DNA of 62,555 nt from positions 27,410,068 through 27,472,622 of the forward strand of contig NC_068982.1 of assembly GCF_001194135.2 (NCBI RefSeq), read 5' to 3'. The notes under the pieces were generated by a model. It was not told where the DNA came from. It did no database searches and saw nothing but the letters and a program-made list of their open reading frames with translations. This DNA comes from Octopus bimaculoides. Its lineage: Eukaryota. This document shows, in pieces, positions 51,135 through 62,555 of the stretch. How positions within the stretch are numbered: the first letter of the stretch is position 1; every line of letters begins with the position of its first letter. A program made the translations under genes and the position numbers.

Positions 51135-51903
51135 ATCTAATCAAAAGCATTTTTGAGTCACTTTCTTCTGCCCTTGCTCAAGGTGTGTAACACTGCTTTT
51201 CTAAGCTTGTTTGTTTCATAAAATTTAGATTTTACTCTTACTTTTGTCAAATGAGAATACAACTGTGGAGAATAAAAACAAAAAAACAAAAAACCCTACA
51301 TGTAAAAATATGCAATACTTTTCCCAAGTTCCAAATGAGAATTTGTCTGTGTTAACTACATCTCAAAGATGGAGCCTTGTATCTTTGTTGGAAACTGGCT
51401 CCCTCCTCAGTGGAAGATTTATAATAATTAAAAAATAAAACGAACGAATGACCGAACGAACATACATACACACATACATGCATATATACATACATAAATA
51501 CATGTATATATGCAGTATACATACATACACACACACAATCATACATACATGCACACATACATGCATGCATGCACGCACGCACACACACACACATACATAC
51601 ATACATGTATATATGCAGTAGAGCTGATCCCCACCTACATGGTTGTAAAACAATCTTCATAACCAAGCTTAAATTTTTCACCCATGCAACAGGGTACAGT
51701 AATGAAGCTGATTTGATATCATGCTTGTATCTTAATATCAATACAACGAATGATACTGATACTGCACTTTTGTAGATTCACTATTCCATGCTCTTAATAT
51801 CTAAATAACAAAAATGTATATTTATTAAAAAAAAAAAAAAAATTATTTATTTCAAGTTATACTTAATGATTTTGCAATGATTTTGAAAGAAAATAAAATT
51901 TAC

Positions 51904-52113
51904 CTGAGCTGCCTCCAGCAATGCACCTATTATCGTAAGGATTACAGGATCTTCCATATATATTGTTAGCTGATTCATACCACATGCAGAGCTCACTTAT
52001 GTTGGTCACTACGTATGGAATGACACCAGACTTGCGTAAATTAGCAATCACTTCTGCGTCTTTTGTAGCAATAGTATTTTTACGTACTACTAAACCAGAA
52101 GTGTTTGGCATAC
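51904..52113 (-). CDS. FAAH2: FAAH2-like coding exon 3 (210 nt, phase 1-1)
   Basis: tttgtAG|GT-MPNTSGLVVRKNTIATKDAEVIANLRKSGVIPYVVTNISELCMWYESANNIYGRSCNPYDNRCIAGGSS-G|GTAAAT. Confidence 0.95.
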
Positions 52114-52889
52114 CTACAAAAGAATAATTAAATATTGTGTACTCATTTCTTAAATAATAGGAAAATATACATCATGCTTTCTAGTTTTATTTTGGTTGCT
52201 CCTTCCAAATGTTTGCTCCAGTGCCTTCCTCCCTTCATTCGCAATAAAATCAATTCAATAAACTTGTATTTTCATCTATCTACATGATGTGTAACATAAG
52301 CTAACATAAGGTCTTAAACAACTAGGAAATCATTTCTTATTTATTCATATGTCTACATATTTTACTAATGACTGACATTTGTTACTTTATTGAGGAAGAG
52401 CAATACTCAAGGTGCTTTGCAGGGCCTCACACATGAGGGAACGAGAAACTACAATTCATGGTTTACTAAAATAGAAAGCCATGTAGCAATATAGAGAATT
52501 ATCTTCATGCTAAATACCTTGTTGCCAACCTTTACATATCTTTCATGTAAGGAATATTTTTATTCAACAGGCTTTCAGAAGTGCAGAGCAACCAGTCACA
52601 ATGTCAATGAGAGCTCTGCTTCACTCAAACAGTGACAAGCACGGAATATATAAACACTGAAACACATTTTGACATGTACACACATACATGTGTGTGCACA
52701 AACACACACACAGACACGTGCGCGTGCGCGTATGCAACAGGCTGTCTGCAGTTTTTATAAGGCATTGGCTTTCAAGGAGTGATAGTAAAAGATTGTTGCC
52801 TAAGTTCCATAATGTATCATATGGTTGTAAAGCAAATTTTTCATCTACACAGTTATGCCTACACAACCCACTGCCCATGGAATAAAATG

Positions 52890-53150
52890 TATAACTTAAA
52901 GGTTTGGTCGGTGTTTAGTTACATATTTAGGAGTTGGTTATAGATTTACTTGTTGAATTTATTTACCGATACTGTTGGTCATAGGGTAAATGTGTTTGAA
53001 AGTTGTGGTTTCTTTGGTATGTTTGTTCCCAAACAATACTTATTTTAGTGCTGTTGATACCGCTGGATTAAATGGTACTGCCCAGGTGTCGCAACTATAA
53101 TGATATCCATGGGGCAGCTGATGATGGAGGTATGTTGGATTGTTGGTATG
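52890..53150 (-). mobile_element. Possible Penelope-like element relic (RT-to-GIY-YIG linker)
   Basis: VPFNPAVSTALK*VLF...FKHIYP...KYVTKHRPNL loosely resembles the Penelope/Neptune linker; several stops. Confidence 0.3.
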
Positions 53151-53909
53151 GCTATTTTTGTATATGTATTATAACACATCCTTTTGATAAATCCCGCCGA
53201 GGTCGACTTTGCCTGTCATCCTTTCGGGGTTGATAAATTAAGTACCAGTTGCATCTGGGGTCGATCTAATTGACTGTCCCCCTCTCCAAAAATTTCGGGC
53301 CTTGTGCCTAAAGTAGAAAATATATTTATATATATATATGCGTATATATATANNNNNNNNNNNNNNNNNNNNNNNNNNNNNNNNNNNNNNNNNNNNNNNN
53401 NNNNNNNNNNNNNNNNNNNNNNNNNNNNNNNNNNNNNNNNNNNNNNNNNNNNNNNNNNNNNNNNNNNNNNNNNNNNNNNNNNNNNNNNNNNNNNNNNNNN
53501 NNNNNNNNNNNNNNNNNNNNNNNNNNNNNNNNNNNNNNNNNNNNNNNNNNNNNNNNNNNNNNNNNNNNNNNNNNNNNNNNNNNNNNNNNNNNNNNNNNNN
53601 NNNNNNNNNNNNNNNNNNNNNNNNNNNNNNNNNNNNNNNNNNNNNNNNNNNNNNNNNNNNNNNNNNNNNNNNNNNNNNNNNNNNNNNNNNNNNNNNNNNN
53701 NNNNNNNNNNNNNNNNNNNNNNNNNNNNNNNNNNNNNNNNNNNNNNNNNNNNNNNNNNNNNNNNNNNNNNNNNNNNNNNNNNNNNNNNNNNNNNNNNNNN
53801 NNNNNNNNNNNNNNNNNNNNNNNNNNNNNNNNNNNNNNNNNNNNNNNNNNNNNNNNNNNNNNNNNNNNNNNNNNNNNNNNNNNNNNNNNNNNNNNNNNNN
53901 NNNNNNNNN

Positions 53910-53948
<39 letters not shown>

Positions 53949-54376
53949 AAAGAAAATATATATATTGCTGTGAAGCTGGCAGAACCAGACAACCAGATAT
54001 AGACATATTTGAACAGTTGGATGGATATCATTCAGTTTCAATGATGTGTATAATAGTTGTTCAACCAAGTGAATTTCCTGTTCACAGAATTAGCAAGCAA
54101 GTGGCTGACCATTCAACAGACATATGTACCATTAACATAATTCCCATGTAAATAGATAGGTGTGTGACAAAGGTGTTGTGCATCAAATTACATGAACGAT
54201 CTATTCAACAAGCTTCTACAGTTTTACTCACAGGGTATGAGTCGATCTGAAGTTACAGGAAATGGCATCTGTCCAAAATGTCATGTAGTGAGTTTGAACC
54301 TGAGATCTCATGGTTGCAAAGCAAACCTCTTAACCATTTGACTATATTATATCTCTTTCTCTCTCTCTCTCTCTAT

Positions 54377-54409
<33 letters not shown>

Positions 54410-54603
54410 GCACAGCCCTCTGGTTTGCTAGCTCTTGTTGACCCATCCAACCCATGCCAGCATGGAAAATGAACGTTAAATGATGACAACATACATATAT
54501 ACATACATACATACGCAATACACACACACACACACACACACATCTTACAGTACCATTTTAAGGAATTTAACTGACATTGTAGCTTTTTGAATAAGAATTT
54601 TAC

Positions 54604-54823
54604 CTGTCAAAGCAAAAGCTTCCTTAACAGAAAGAGGTACTCCAAGAAAGGGTGCATTTTCTTCTGAATATTCATCTGGAATGTCATCTTGTTCTAATAT
54701 TTGGTTTACTTCCAGTGCTTGTTGACGGGCCACTTCATAGCAATTAGAGCAAATTGAATTTATAGTAGCATTCACTAATTTTGATCTTTCAATAAAAGCT
54801 TCTAAAACTTCAGTGCAGTTTAC
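54604..54823 (-). CDS. FAAH2: FAAH2-like coding exon 2 (220 nt, phase 0-1; catalytic Lys)
   Basis: tttcAG|VNCTEVLEAFIERSKLVNATINSIC...APFLGVPLSVKEAFALT-G|GTAAAA. Confidence 0.93.
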
Positions 54824-55318
54824 CTGAAATAAAATGGAAAATATGTATAATGTAATTAATTAAAAGAAAATGGCTTGGTGTTAAGAAGATTATCATCATC
54901 ATTGTCATCACCATCTGGATGAGCTAGTTTACTTTAATCTCTAATCAATATTAGTGAGTTTTTAAGCAGTATATTCATGGATAGCCGATGGTTCCAACAA
55001 GAACTGAAATACATGTACAGTTGTTCCCTATCTTTTCCTATCTACAGGCTTTTATAAACAAATTGCTTACAATTATTGTAACATAGTAGTGGCTAAAAAG
55101 AGCTAAAAATATGTTCTGTAGTACATTATAGCAGTACATATGTATGCAGATACATATGTACAAATATGTGTTTATTAAGCTTAAAATATAAATGAATATA
55201 ATTTTATCTTTATCAACCTGTACTAGCAGAAAAATAATCAGACATAAGACAAATATTTTAAGTAATACCAAACAAACAAAGAATCATTATAAGAGCAAAT
55301 CAAAGAAAAATCACTTAC

Positions 55319-55501
55319 TTCTTTATTACGAATCATCTTACTTAATTCGGTGGCACTTTTGAGGAGCAATGGATTAGTAACTGGTGGCACAGAAACAGGA
55401 GGCGCAGAATTCAGCACATTAAAAATTATGTTAAAAATAGGAAGCAATGTCCACCGATACAGCTTGACAAGCACAAATAGTAGTAACCTAGAGAATTCCA
55501 T
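55319..55501 (-). CDS. FAAH2: FAAH2-like coding exon 1 (183 nt)
   Basis: ttttcAG|CC-ATG-G; MEFSRLLLFVLVKLYRWTLLPIFNIIF...NPLLLKSATELSKMIRNKE|GTAAGT; hydrophobic N-terminus. Exons sum to 1593 nt = 530 aa + stop. Confidence 0.9.
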
Positions 55502-55859
55502 GGCTGAAAAGACAGAACAAGCATCAAGATATCAGAAGAAATAATAACTGAAGAAATTTTCTTTGAAAACCGTATTTCTTCAGATTTTTAATATCTCAAA
55601 GTTAAGAAATTGGTTACTGTTATTGTTTAGCTCTAAGTCAACTCTGTTCTACCAAAACCTAAGATCAAAGCATTCCAAGAGACCTACAATCAAAGGGTTC
55701 CGGGTGTAAATATCATATCCTTTTTATTTTTAATGACATAGTATACTTAAGACTTTTTCTTTTTTTTTCTAACAACCATTGCAAACAGATCAAAGGAATC
55801 CATAGAGGCTCCTTCATTGATTTCTAGAAGAAACAATGATTGCTTGCTCAAACTCTCAA

Positions 55860-56180
55860 CTCCTGGTGGGAACATAAGGACACTATCCTGACATGACGTG
55901 CACCAGTCTTCTCCATCTGTGATGGCCGCAGATCTCTGCTAATGATTTGCCTGGCCATTTTTTATTATGTGATTCATGCATCTTTTCCTCTGTTTACCAT
56001 TCCTTCTTGAATGATCTTTGCAAGGTCACTGGATTGTGTTACAAGGCTATATCATCTCAGCTTTCTTCGCTTCACCATTGTGTGAAGGTCTTCATGAAAT
56101 TGACTTTTTAGCAATATGATCTAGTTACAAGACGCTTGAGGTGTTAGCATCTCATTTCTCTGTATTTCTGCAATGTCAGT
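55860..56180 (-). mobile_element. Old RTE-X-like LINE 3' fragment
   Basis: EDLHTMVKRRKLR*YSLVTQSSDLAKIIQEGMV resembles the (L)TTVKRRKLRWYGHV.R..GLAKTILQG motif. Confidence 0.6.
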
Positions 56181-58134
56181 TTGTGTCTTGCATGCATACA
56201 GGAAAATGGACAGTACAAATGCATGCAAGATCATGTACTTCATGGTAATGTTTCTATCTCTCCATATTTGCTTCATTTTGGTTACTGCAGCCAGTCTCTG
56301 GCAGCATCAATCAGCTTTCTATACATCTCTGTTACTATCAACTTCTATTTGGCCAATAAGAACTCTTGTTCCTATCTTAACTGATTTTCCTTTCACTTCA
56401 CACACACCAACTTTACTACCTCCTCCCGATTATTCCATGTCCTTAAACTGTACAACAAAGATTCTGACTTCCAATTTTAACTCTGAGACGTGACAATCTT
56501 CAACTGTGGGAAACCTCAATTTGTTGTGGATGCTACATTTCACCCAGTCAAGGCTATCATCTATGCTACAACATTCCTACAGGCACCCACACATCTATAA
56601 AGAAGATTCTTCCCCCATTAACCTTCAAGCCAATTAAAACCCTCACTAATTTCCAATCTCTGCTTTCCTATCCAGTAACTTCCCTATGTTTTCCATACCA
56701 CTTCTGTCTTCCAAAAAAAAAAAAGCAGAAATTATTAATGACAGATAATGAAACATGAAAGGCCTCGAAATAAAATGGCATCACAATGAAAACTATTTAA
56801 ACTCAGTTCAACAAATATTCTCTCATGCTGGCATAGCTAGGATGTATCTGCAAATGAAGGTGAGAACAGATGTTTTTTATTGCTAGAACTTTTGAGTGAC
56901 AAGTCCTACATTATAAACTCGGACATAAACAAAACTAAAACAATTTTTATAGCAAGACTGAAATCTAAGACAATCCAATCATTTAGTCAGTTGGTCTCTG
57001 AATATTCAATTTACAACCACAACACTTTTGCAGTTATCTTTTTTCTTTTTCTTCTTTTTTTACAAGATGCTTATATGTCAAAAGCCAACAAGATTTCATA
57101 CTCTTCACTAAGAATACAAAGAGCAAGAAAATATTTCTTGAAAATTACTAATCATCTAAAAAGCTCAGATAAGATTCACAATAAAATATTGTCACATTTG
57201 GAATGGCAATGCTGCTACATATACAGACAACCTTGACTGCATTCAGAAAAAAGGGCAATTACCTAAACAACTGGCATGAAATCACTCACCAAGACACTTT
57301 AGCCTACAACAATTCTCTCTCTCTTTCTTTCTTTCTCTCTCTTTCTCTCTCTGTGCTTTTTCTACCACAGCCTCAGTGACCTCATCTCTCTTCTTTTCAT
57401 TACACACACATATTCAGCCCACCATCCCAGCTCACCATCCACTGCTCTAACTGTTGTATCCAGTCCTTCCACCCCAATAATTTCAACTCTCCTTGCCTAT
57501 GTTTTTCCCTGCAGCCATCAGTCTGCATCTATTCAAGAGGAACATTAACTATATTGACCTCACCAGTCTCAGACAGACTCTGATGGCCATGGGCATATCT
57601 ATATTCCTCCAGCAACTCCCACCACTAAAAAGAAACCCAGGATGCAACTGCTATGTAAATCAACCATGACCCATCAGCTTCAGAAAGAGAATTTGTAATC
57701 AATAAATATGAATGTATTTACAATAATCTTCTCAGTCAGTAATAACTGTTTACAAATTATACCTATACTAAATGATTTAGTTTAACCTAGTTAATATGGA
57801 CACTAAAACTGAATCATAAAATTTGTATGGTTGAAGATGATTTTACTAGTTTGATTGCAGGCTATGAGAAAAATTCTTTTTGAGTATCTGTTTCACACAA
57901 TTGGTAACCTGATGGCTCTGAAAAAGCTTTTATCAAGACACTTCCTGAACCAGAAATGGTAACATTCATATCTCCAAATACAATGTTTCTATACTCAAAA
58001 TTTTATAACATTTTACTAACATAACGATTTAAATATATACTTTAACCATGTAACACAAGCCTTCTGTAGTTTTTTCACTCGTTTATCTTTTATACATATA
58101 TATGTGTGTGTGTGTGTGTGTGTGNNNNNNNNNN

Positions 58135-58228
58135 TGTTGCCATCCGGTTTCACCAGTCCTCAGTCAAATCGTCCAACCCATGCTAGCATGGAAAGCGGAC
58201 GTTAAACGATGATGATGATGATGATGAT
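58135..58228 (+). mobile_element. RTE LINE 3' tail fragment
   Basis: ...ctagcatggaaagcggacgttaaacgatgatgatgatgatgatgat, followed directly by (AT)n. Confidence 0.85.
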
Positions 58229-59037
58229 ATATATATATACACACACACACATTCACTCACATGTATGAAAGGCATTATTCATAAAGAATGGAAGAGAAAT
58301 ACTACAGGAAAATGCTAAACAGCAGAAATTTTGTTCCTGGTCTGAAATCTAGTACAATGAAGAGACAGAGACAGCTAAACAAAAGAAAAAAATAAATTGT
58401 ATTAAGTAATCAAATAACCAAAGAAACTATCAATAGGATATTTAGCTGGATTAGTGATAAGCTATGAAAACAAATTATTATCAGTTAACTTTTAGTTAAA
58501 TATGCTAACACTAACTTAACTATGAAAACAGAAATTTATTTGATATGAAAGCTTAACTATCTTTTCAGGATTAACAATTAATTATATATGGCTAATGAGA
58601 AGCTGACAGCAAAACTGGTTTGAATTTGACCTTATTTCATTCCCTGACTCATGATGTTGATAATCTGTAAATGGGGATTTTTGCTTTCATTAACATTCAA
58701 TAAAGATTTGATCTAAACCAAGAAAACTAATGCTTTTGTTCAAGCCTTTTTTAACTGTGTAATTAAATTTCCATAAATTTGAGAAGATACAGAGATGTCT
58801 AAGATAATAGAATGGAAAGATTAAATCTCAAGTATTGTAATTAGCTTAATGTCCTATTATTCCAAGGTCAGGTTCCATAAGTATTGGCTTTGCCCTTCAT
58901 TTCACTGAAGTTAATCATTTTATGAGGCTATCAAAATTGTTTTTCTCTAATATTTTTTTTTTTTTTGCTGCAGTTTCAGCTCTGAGCTGCAGCCATTATG
59001 ATGCACCACCGTTTTGCTGCACTGTTATTACTGAGAT

Positions 59038-59256
59038 ATTACTCTTTACTCTTTTTTACTTGTTTCAGTCATTTGACTGTGGCCATGCTGGAGCACTGCC
59101 TTTAGTCAAGCAAATCGACCCCCAGGACTTATTCTTTGTAAGCCTAGTACTTATTCTATCTGTCTCTTTTGCCGAACCGCTAAGTTACAGGGACCTAAAC
59201 ACACCAGCATCGGTTGTCAAGCGATGTTGGGGGGACAAACACAAACATACACACGC

Positions 59257-59309
<53 letters not shown>

Positions 59310-59470
59310 TACGATGGGCTTCTTTCAGTTTCCATCTACCAAATCCACTCACAAGGCTTTGGTCGGCCCGAGGCTATAGTAGAAGACACTTGCCCAAGGT
59401 GCCACGCAGTGGGACTGAACCCGGAACCATGTGGTTTGTAAGCAAGCTACTTACCACACAGCCATTCCTA
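59038..59470 (-). mobile_element. Full-length family-A tRNA-derived SINE
   Basis: Reverse-complement homolog of 10286-10677 with a longer internal (TA)n. Confidence 0.88.
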
Positions 59471-62400
59471 CACCTATAATATCACAATTATAACTAAAGA
59501 AAAATTTTATTTTCAATACATATTTTACATTTCACAACAAGTAAACACTTCTTTACCCTTCAGCATCTAAACCAGTTGTATCAAGCCCAAAATATTCTAC
59601 CTGTTTTATGTTCAATCCAACCAGATCTGAAGTTGTTGGTTGTTTGTCAGAAACTTCTATTACAATTGCTTTACTAGAAATATAAAGTATATGAATCCAC
59701 ATTCAGCTTTGAATGTAAACATTGTTCATCAATGCTAATGTCATCCTGCACTACCTGTGCAATCATTGTTTGAAGCATCACACATAGAGCCACACACTTG
59801 AAATTCAATTCTTGCTTTTTAGTAAAGTGTTTAGGAAAGATTCTGCTCCTATCAATTAGCAAAAATGACACTTTAACACTTTCTTAATGTGATTAGCGAA
59901 GTTAGAGGCTAACTAGAACGACATGACACTAAATTATCTTAATGCTGTAATCACTGACATAATTAAGTCATACAGTTATACCTGTATTTTAATCTCCTTA
60001 ATTATTTTCATTTATTTATTTCACTTCTCGGTATACTTTCTTCAACAGAGTCCTCTTTAGACAAGTTCTCCATATCTCATTCATACTTTTACAATAACCT
60101 CTTCTGGTGAATTTATACATGCATTTTCTTTCAATAGTTGGATTAACTCCTGCTGAACTCACTAATACTTAATATATATGGGGGAGTGTTACAATAATGT
60201 TCACTTGCTTCCGTCTTCTACATGAACAAAAAAAAAAAAAAGATATACTGAGTCAACAAACTGCCCTTAGGAGAGTATATTATTTTTTAGTGTATAGACT
60301 TTCTATTCATATCTGTTTATTCCTAATTTTTTTATTTTTTTCTGATCAGAACAAACTTGATTTGACTTACAGTCCTACCTAACTGGAGCCAAGTAAGCGT
60401 ATAACATGCATTAATACAAATAATATTAAAACTAATTAGCTGAAAAGAAGAATTAATAATTTACCCAGTCACAGCAGTCACTTTCCTTGATGTAAATTAT
60501 TGGCATGTAAAATCAGCTCTAACAGTTTGTATAACATTTATAGTTATATAAAACAATCTACCTCAAACTAATATCTAAATATGAAAACTATTTTAAATGG
60601 AGTGATTAAACAAAAGAAAATTTTAATATGATTTATAATTAAATATCAATGTAAAAGAAGAAACAATCTAAATTAAAACAGTAAAGATAATTTATCTGGT
60701 TGACATCAAAATTGCTGAGATAAATTACATACATACAGTCAAGAAGATAAAAGTTATATATGTTAAAAGCAAAATATGTTAAGAAATATTTAAACTAAGA
60801 CATTGTTCTAAAACTGATACAAGGCATGTCATGAACAATAACATTTTAATATTATCTCATCATTTAGTAGCACTTGAGCTGCTATATCAACACTAGAGAT
60901 GCTTACTTGAACAAAAGGTCAAAAACTATTTCTGTGTGAAGTGGTACAGCAAATTTCTCAAGGACATCAGATAAAATATTTAATTGATAATCCAGAAAAT
61001 AGTCCAATGAAATTTCATTTTAATTTTGAATAATAATCTTTATTATCCAAAACTAAAAATAGCATTTAAAACAATCCTATTTTTGTTTTTCAACTGATTT
61101 AAAATGTTTGCAAAAAGTATGAGGATTTTTTTCTCATCTCCCTGTATTATCAAATTTCCTTCTGCTGCAACAAAAACTTCAGCATTTCTAAGTGCAAATT
61201 ATATATTCAGATCATACTTTTCGTTCGGAATAAAAACAAAAATAAAAATAGCAGTTGGAAATGTGGAGTGGCAGATTGTGGCGTTGTGTGGTGATAATGA
61301 CTCACTGACCTTGCATTGACCCTCCACTGCTTGGGCTTTAACAAAGAATCTTTATTATAAAAAAAGGATAAGGAAGAACCCGGCTAAACTTCTCTAATAA
61401 TAACACAGGGTCTGGATGTGTGTATTTTTCACTGCTTAGAAATTTTTAATACATTTATTATGTAAATAAAAGAAGTGCAGTAAATAAGAAATATAGATAC
61501 AGTATAATGAATAATAAGTCTATAAGCTACTAAATGCAGCATAACAAGCAGTCTGGGCTAAAAGGAGAAAAAAAATATTTAAAAGTTTAAAAAAATGCAT
61601 ATTTAAAATGAAAAATAATGTAAATCATATGCTACTAGTGCTAAATAACAAAGAAATTTGTATTATAATTTTCATAGGGGCTTCCCATCATTCTAGATGC
61701 TGTTCAATCTAAATATCTAGTAAGCAGTGCACACAATGGTTGCAGATGTTTAGGCAAACTAAACAAGTCAGTGCAATAAGTATGTTGACATAGCTAACAG
61801 TGTGTGCAGTCTAGATGAAAGTGTAAAGTTATATTACCTTACCCATATATCAGGTGGAGAAGTTGGGGGTAAGTAGATACAGTGGATGGAGGCTGTTGTG
61901 TTTAACCCCAGATTAGCCCTGATCCAGAAGGCTTATTATCAAATGCATTCCGGCCAAAACCATCACATCTTATTCAGACACTGTATTTTATTCTGGAATA
62001 TACTCTTCTATGTGTGCCGCTTTATTTAAACAAATTGAGTGAGATTTGAAGGACTTTTGATTGCTATTTCTGGCAAGTTGAGCAACTGCTGACACCTCAC
62101 ATTGGCTCATGTAGAAGTCTTATGATTGATTCTTCATCTACACAGAGAACATATGATACAGTTTAACCAAAACATGAGATATATCTAAGGAAATTAGTTC
62201 ATTCACGTGCAAATTTTGTAGGATGTGTCCAATGTTATACACTCTACTTGAATTTCAAAAACAGGAGTAAGCAGTTACCAAAATAAATGCATCTATCTAT
62301 CTATCTATCTATCTATCTGTGTGTGTGTGTGTACGTGTGTGCGTGCGTGCGTGCACACACACACACACATTCAACAGGTTTATGCACATTTTCTGCTTAC

Positions 62401-62516
62401 TGAATTTCATTCACAAAACTTTGGTAGCAATTAGATAAAACCCAGAACCATTTGATTGCAAAGCAAACTATAGGATGGCTGTTCTATGAGTGCTGCACAT
62501 AAATAGAGCTATCTGA

Positions 62517-62555
<39 letters not shown>

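Overview
AT-rich, repeat-dense eukaryotic DNA with many N-gaps flanked by microsatellites. The SINE families and (GAT)n-tailed RTE fragments look like those of an octopus (coleoid cephalopod); the taxon is my inference from the repeat content. Two host genes converge. The first is a complete 7-coding-exon amidase-signature gene on the minus strand (FAAH2-like, CDS 55501->42184, 530 aa, all GT-AG junctions in frame, Lys/Ser/Ser triad intact). The second is a plus-strand terminal exon (17659-18455) encoding a HEY/Clockwork-orange-like Orange domain with no WRPW/YRPW tail; its bHLH exons are not visible. The rest is transposon relics: Helitron, several hAT MITEs (two nested, with perfect 8-bp TSDs), a Merlin element with mirror-symmetric 157-bp subterminal repeats and an 8-bp TSD, three RTE-type LINE families, an L2/CR1-group RT, two restriction-like-endonuclease LINEs (HERO-like; R4/Dong-like sitting in (TTA)n), and three tRNA-derived SINE families. 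The most unexpected signals are two Penelope-type, type-I hammerhead ribozyme folds (30457-30538 and 14989-15024), each with one deviation from the canonical core. I found no evidence of a wholly new biological system. Repeat boundaries are approximate unless a TSD is given.
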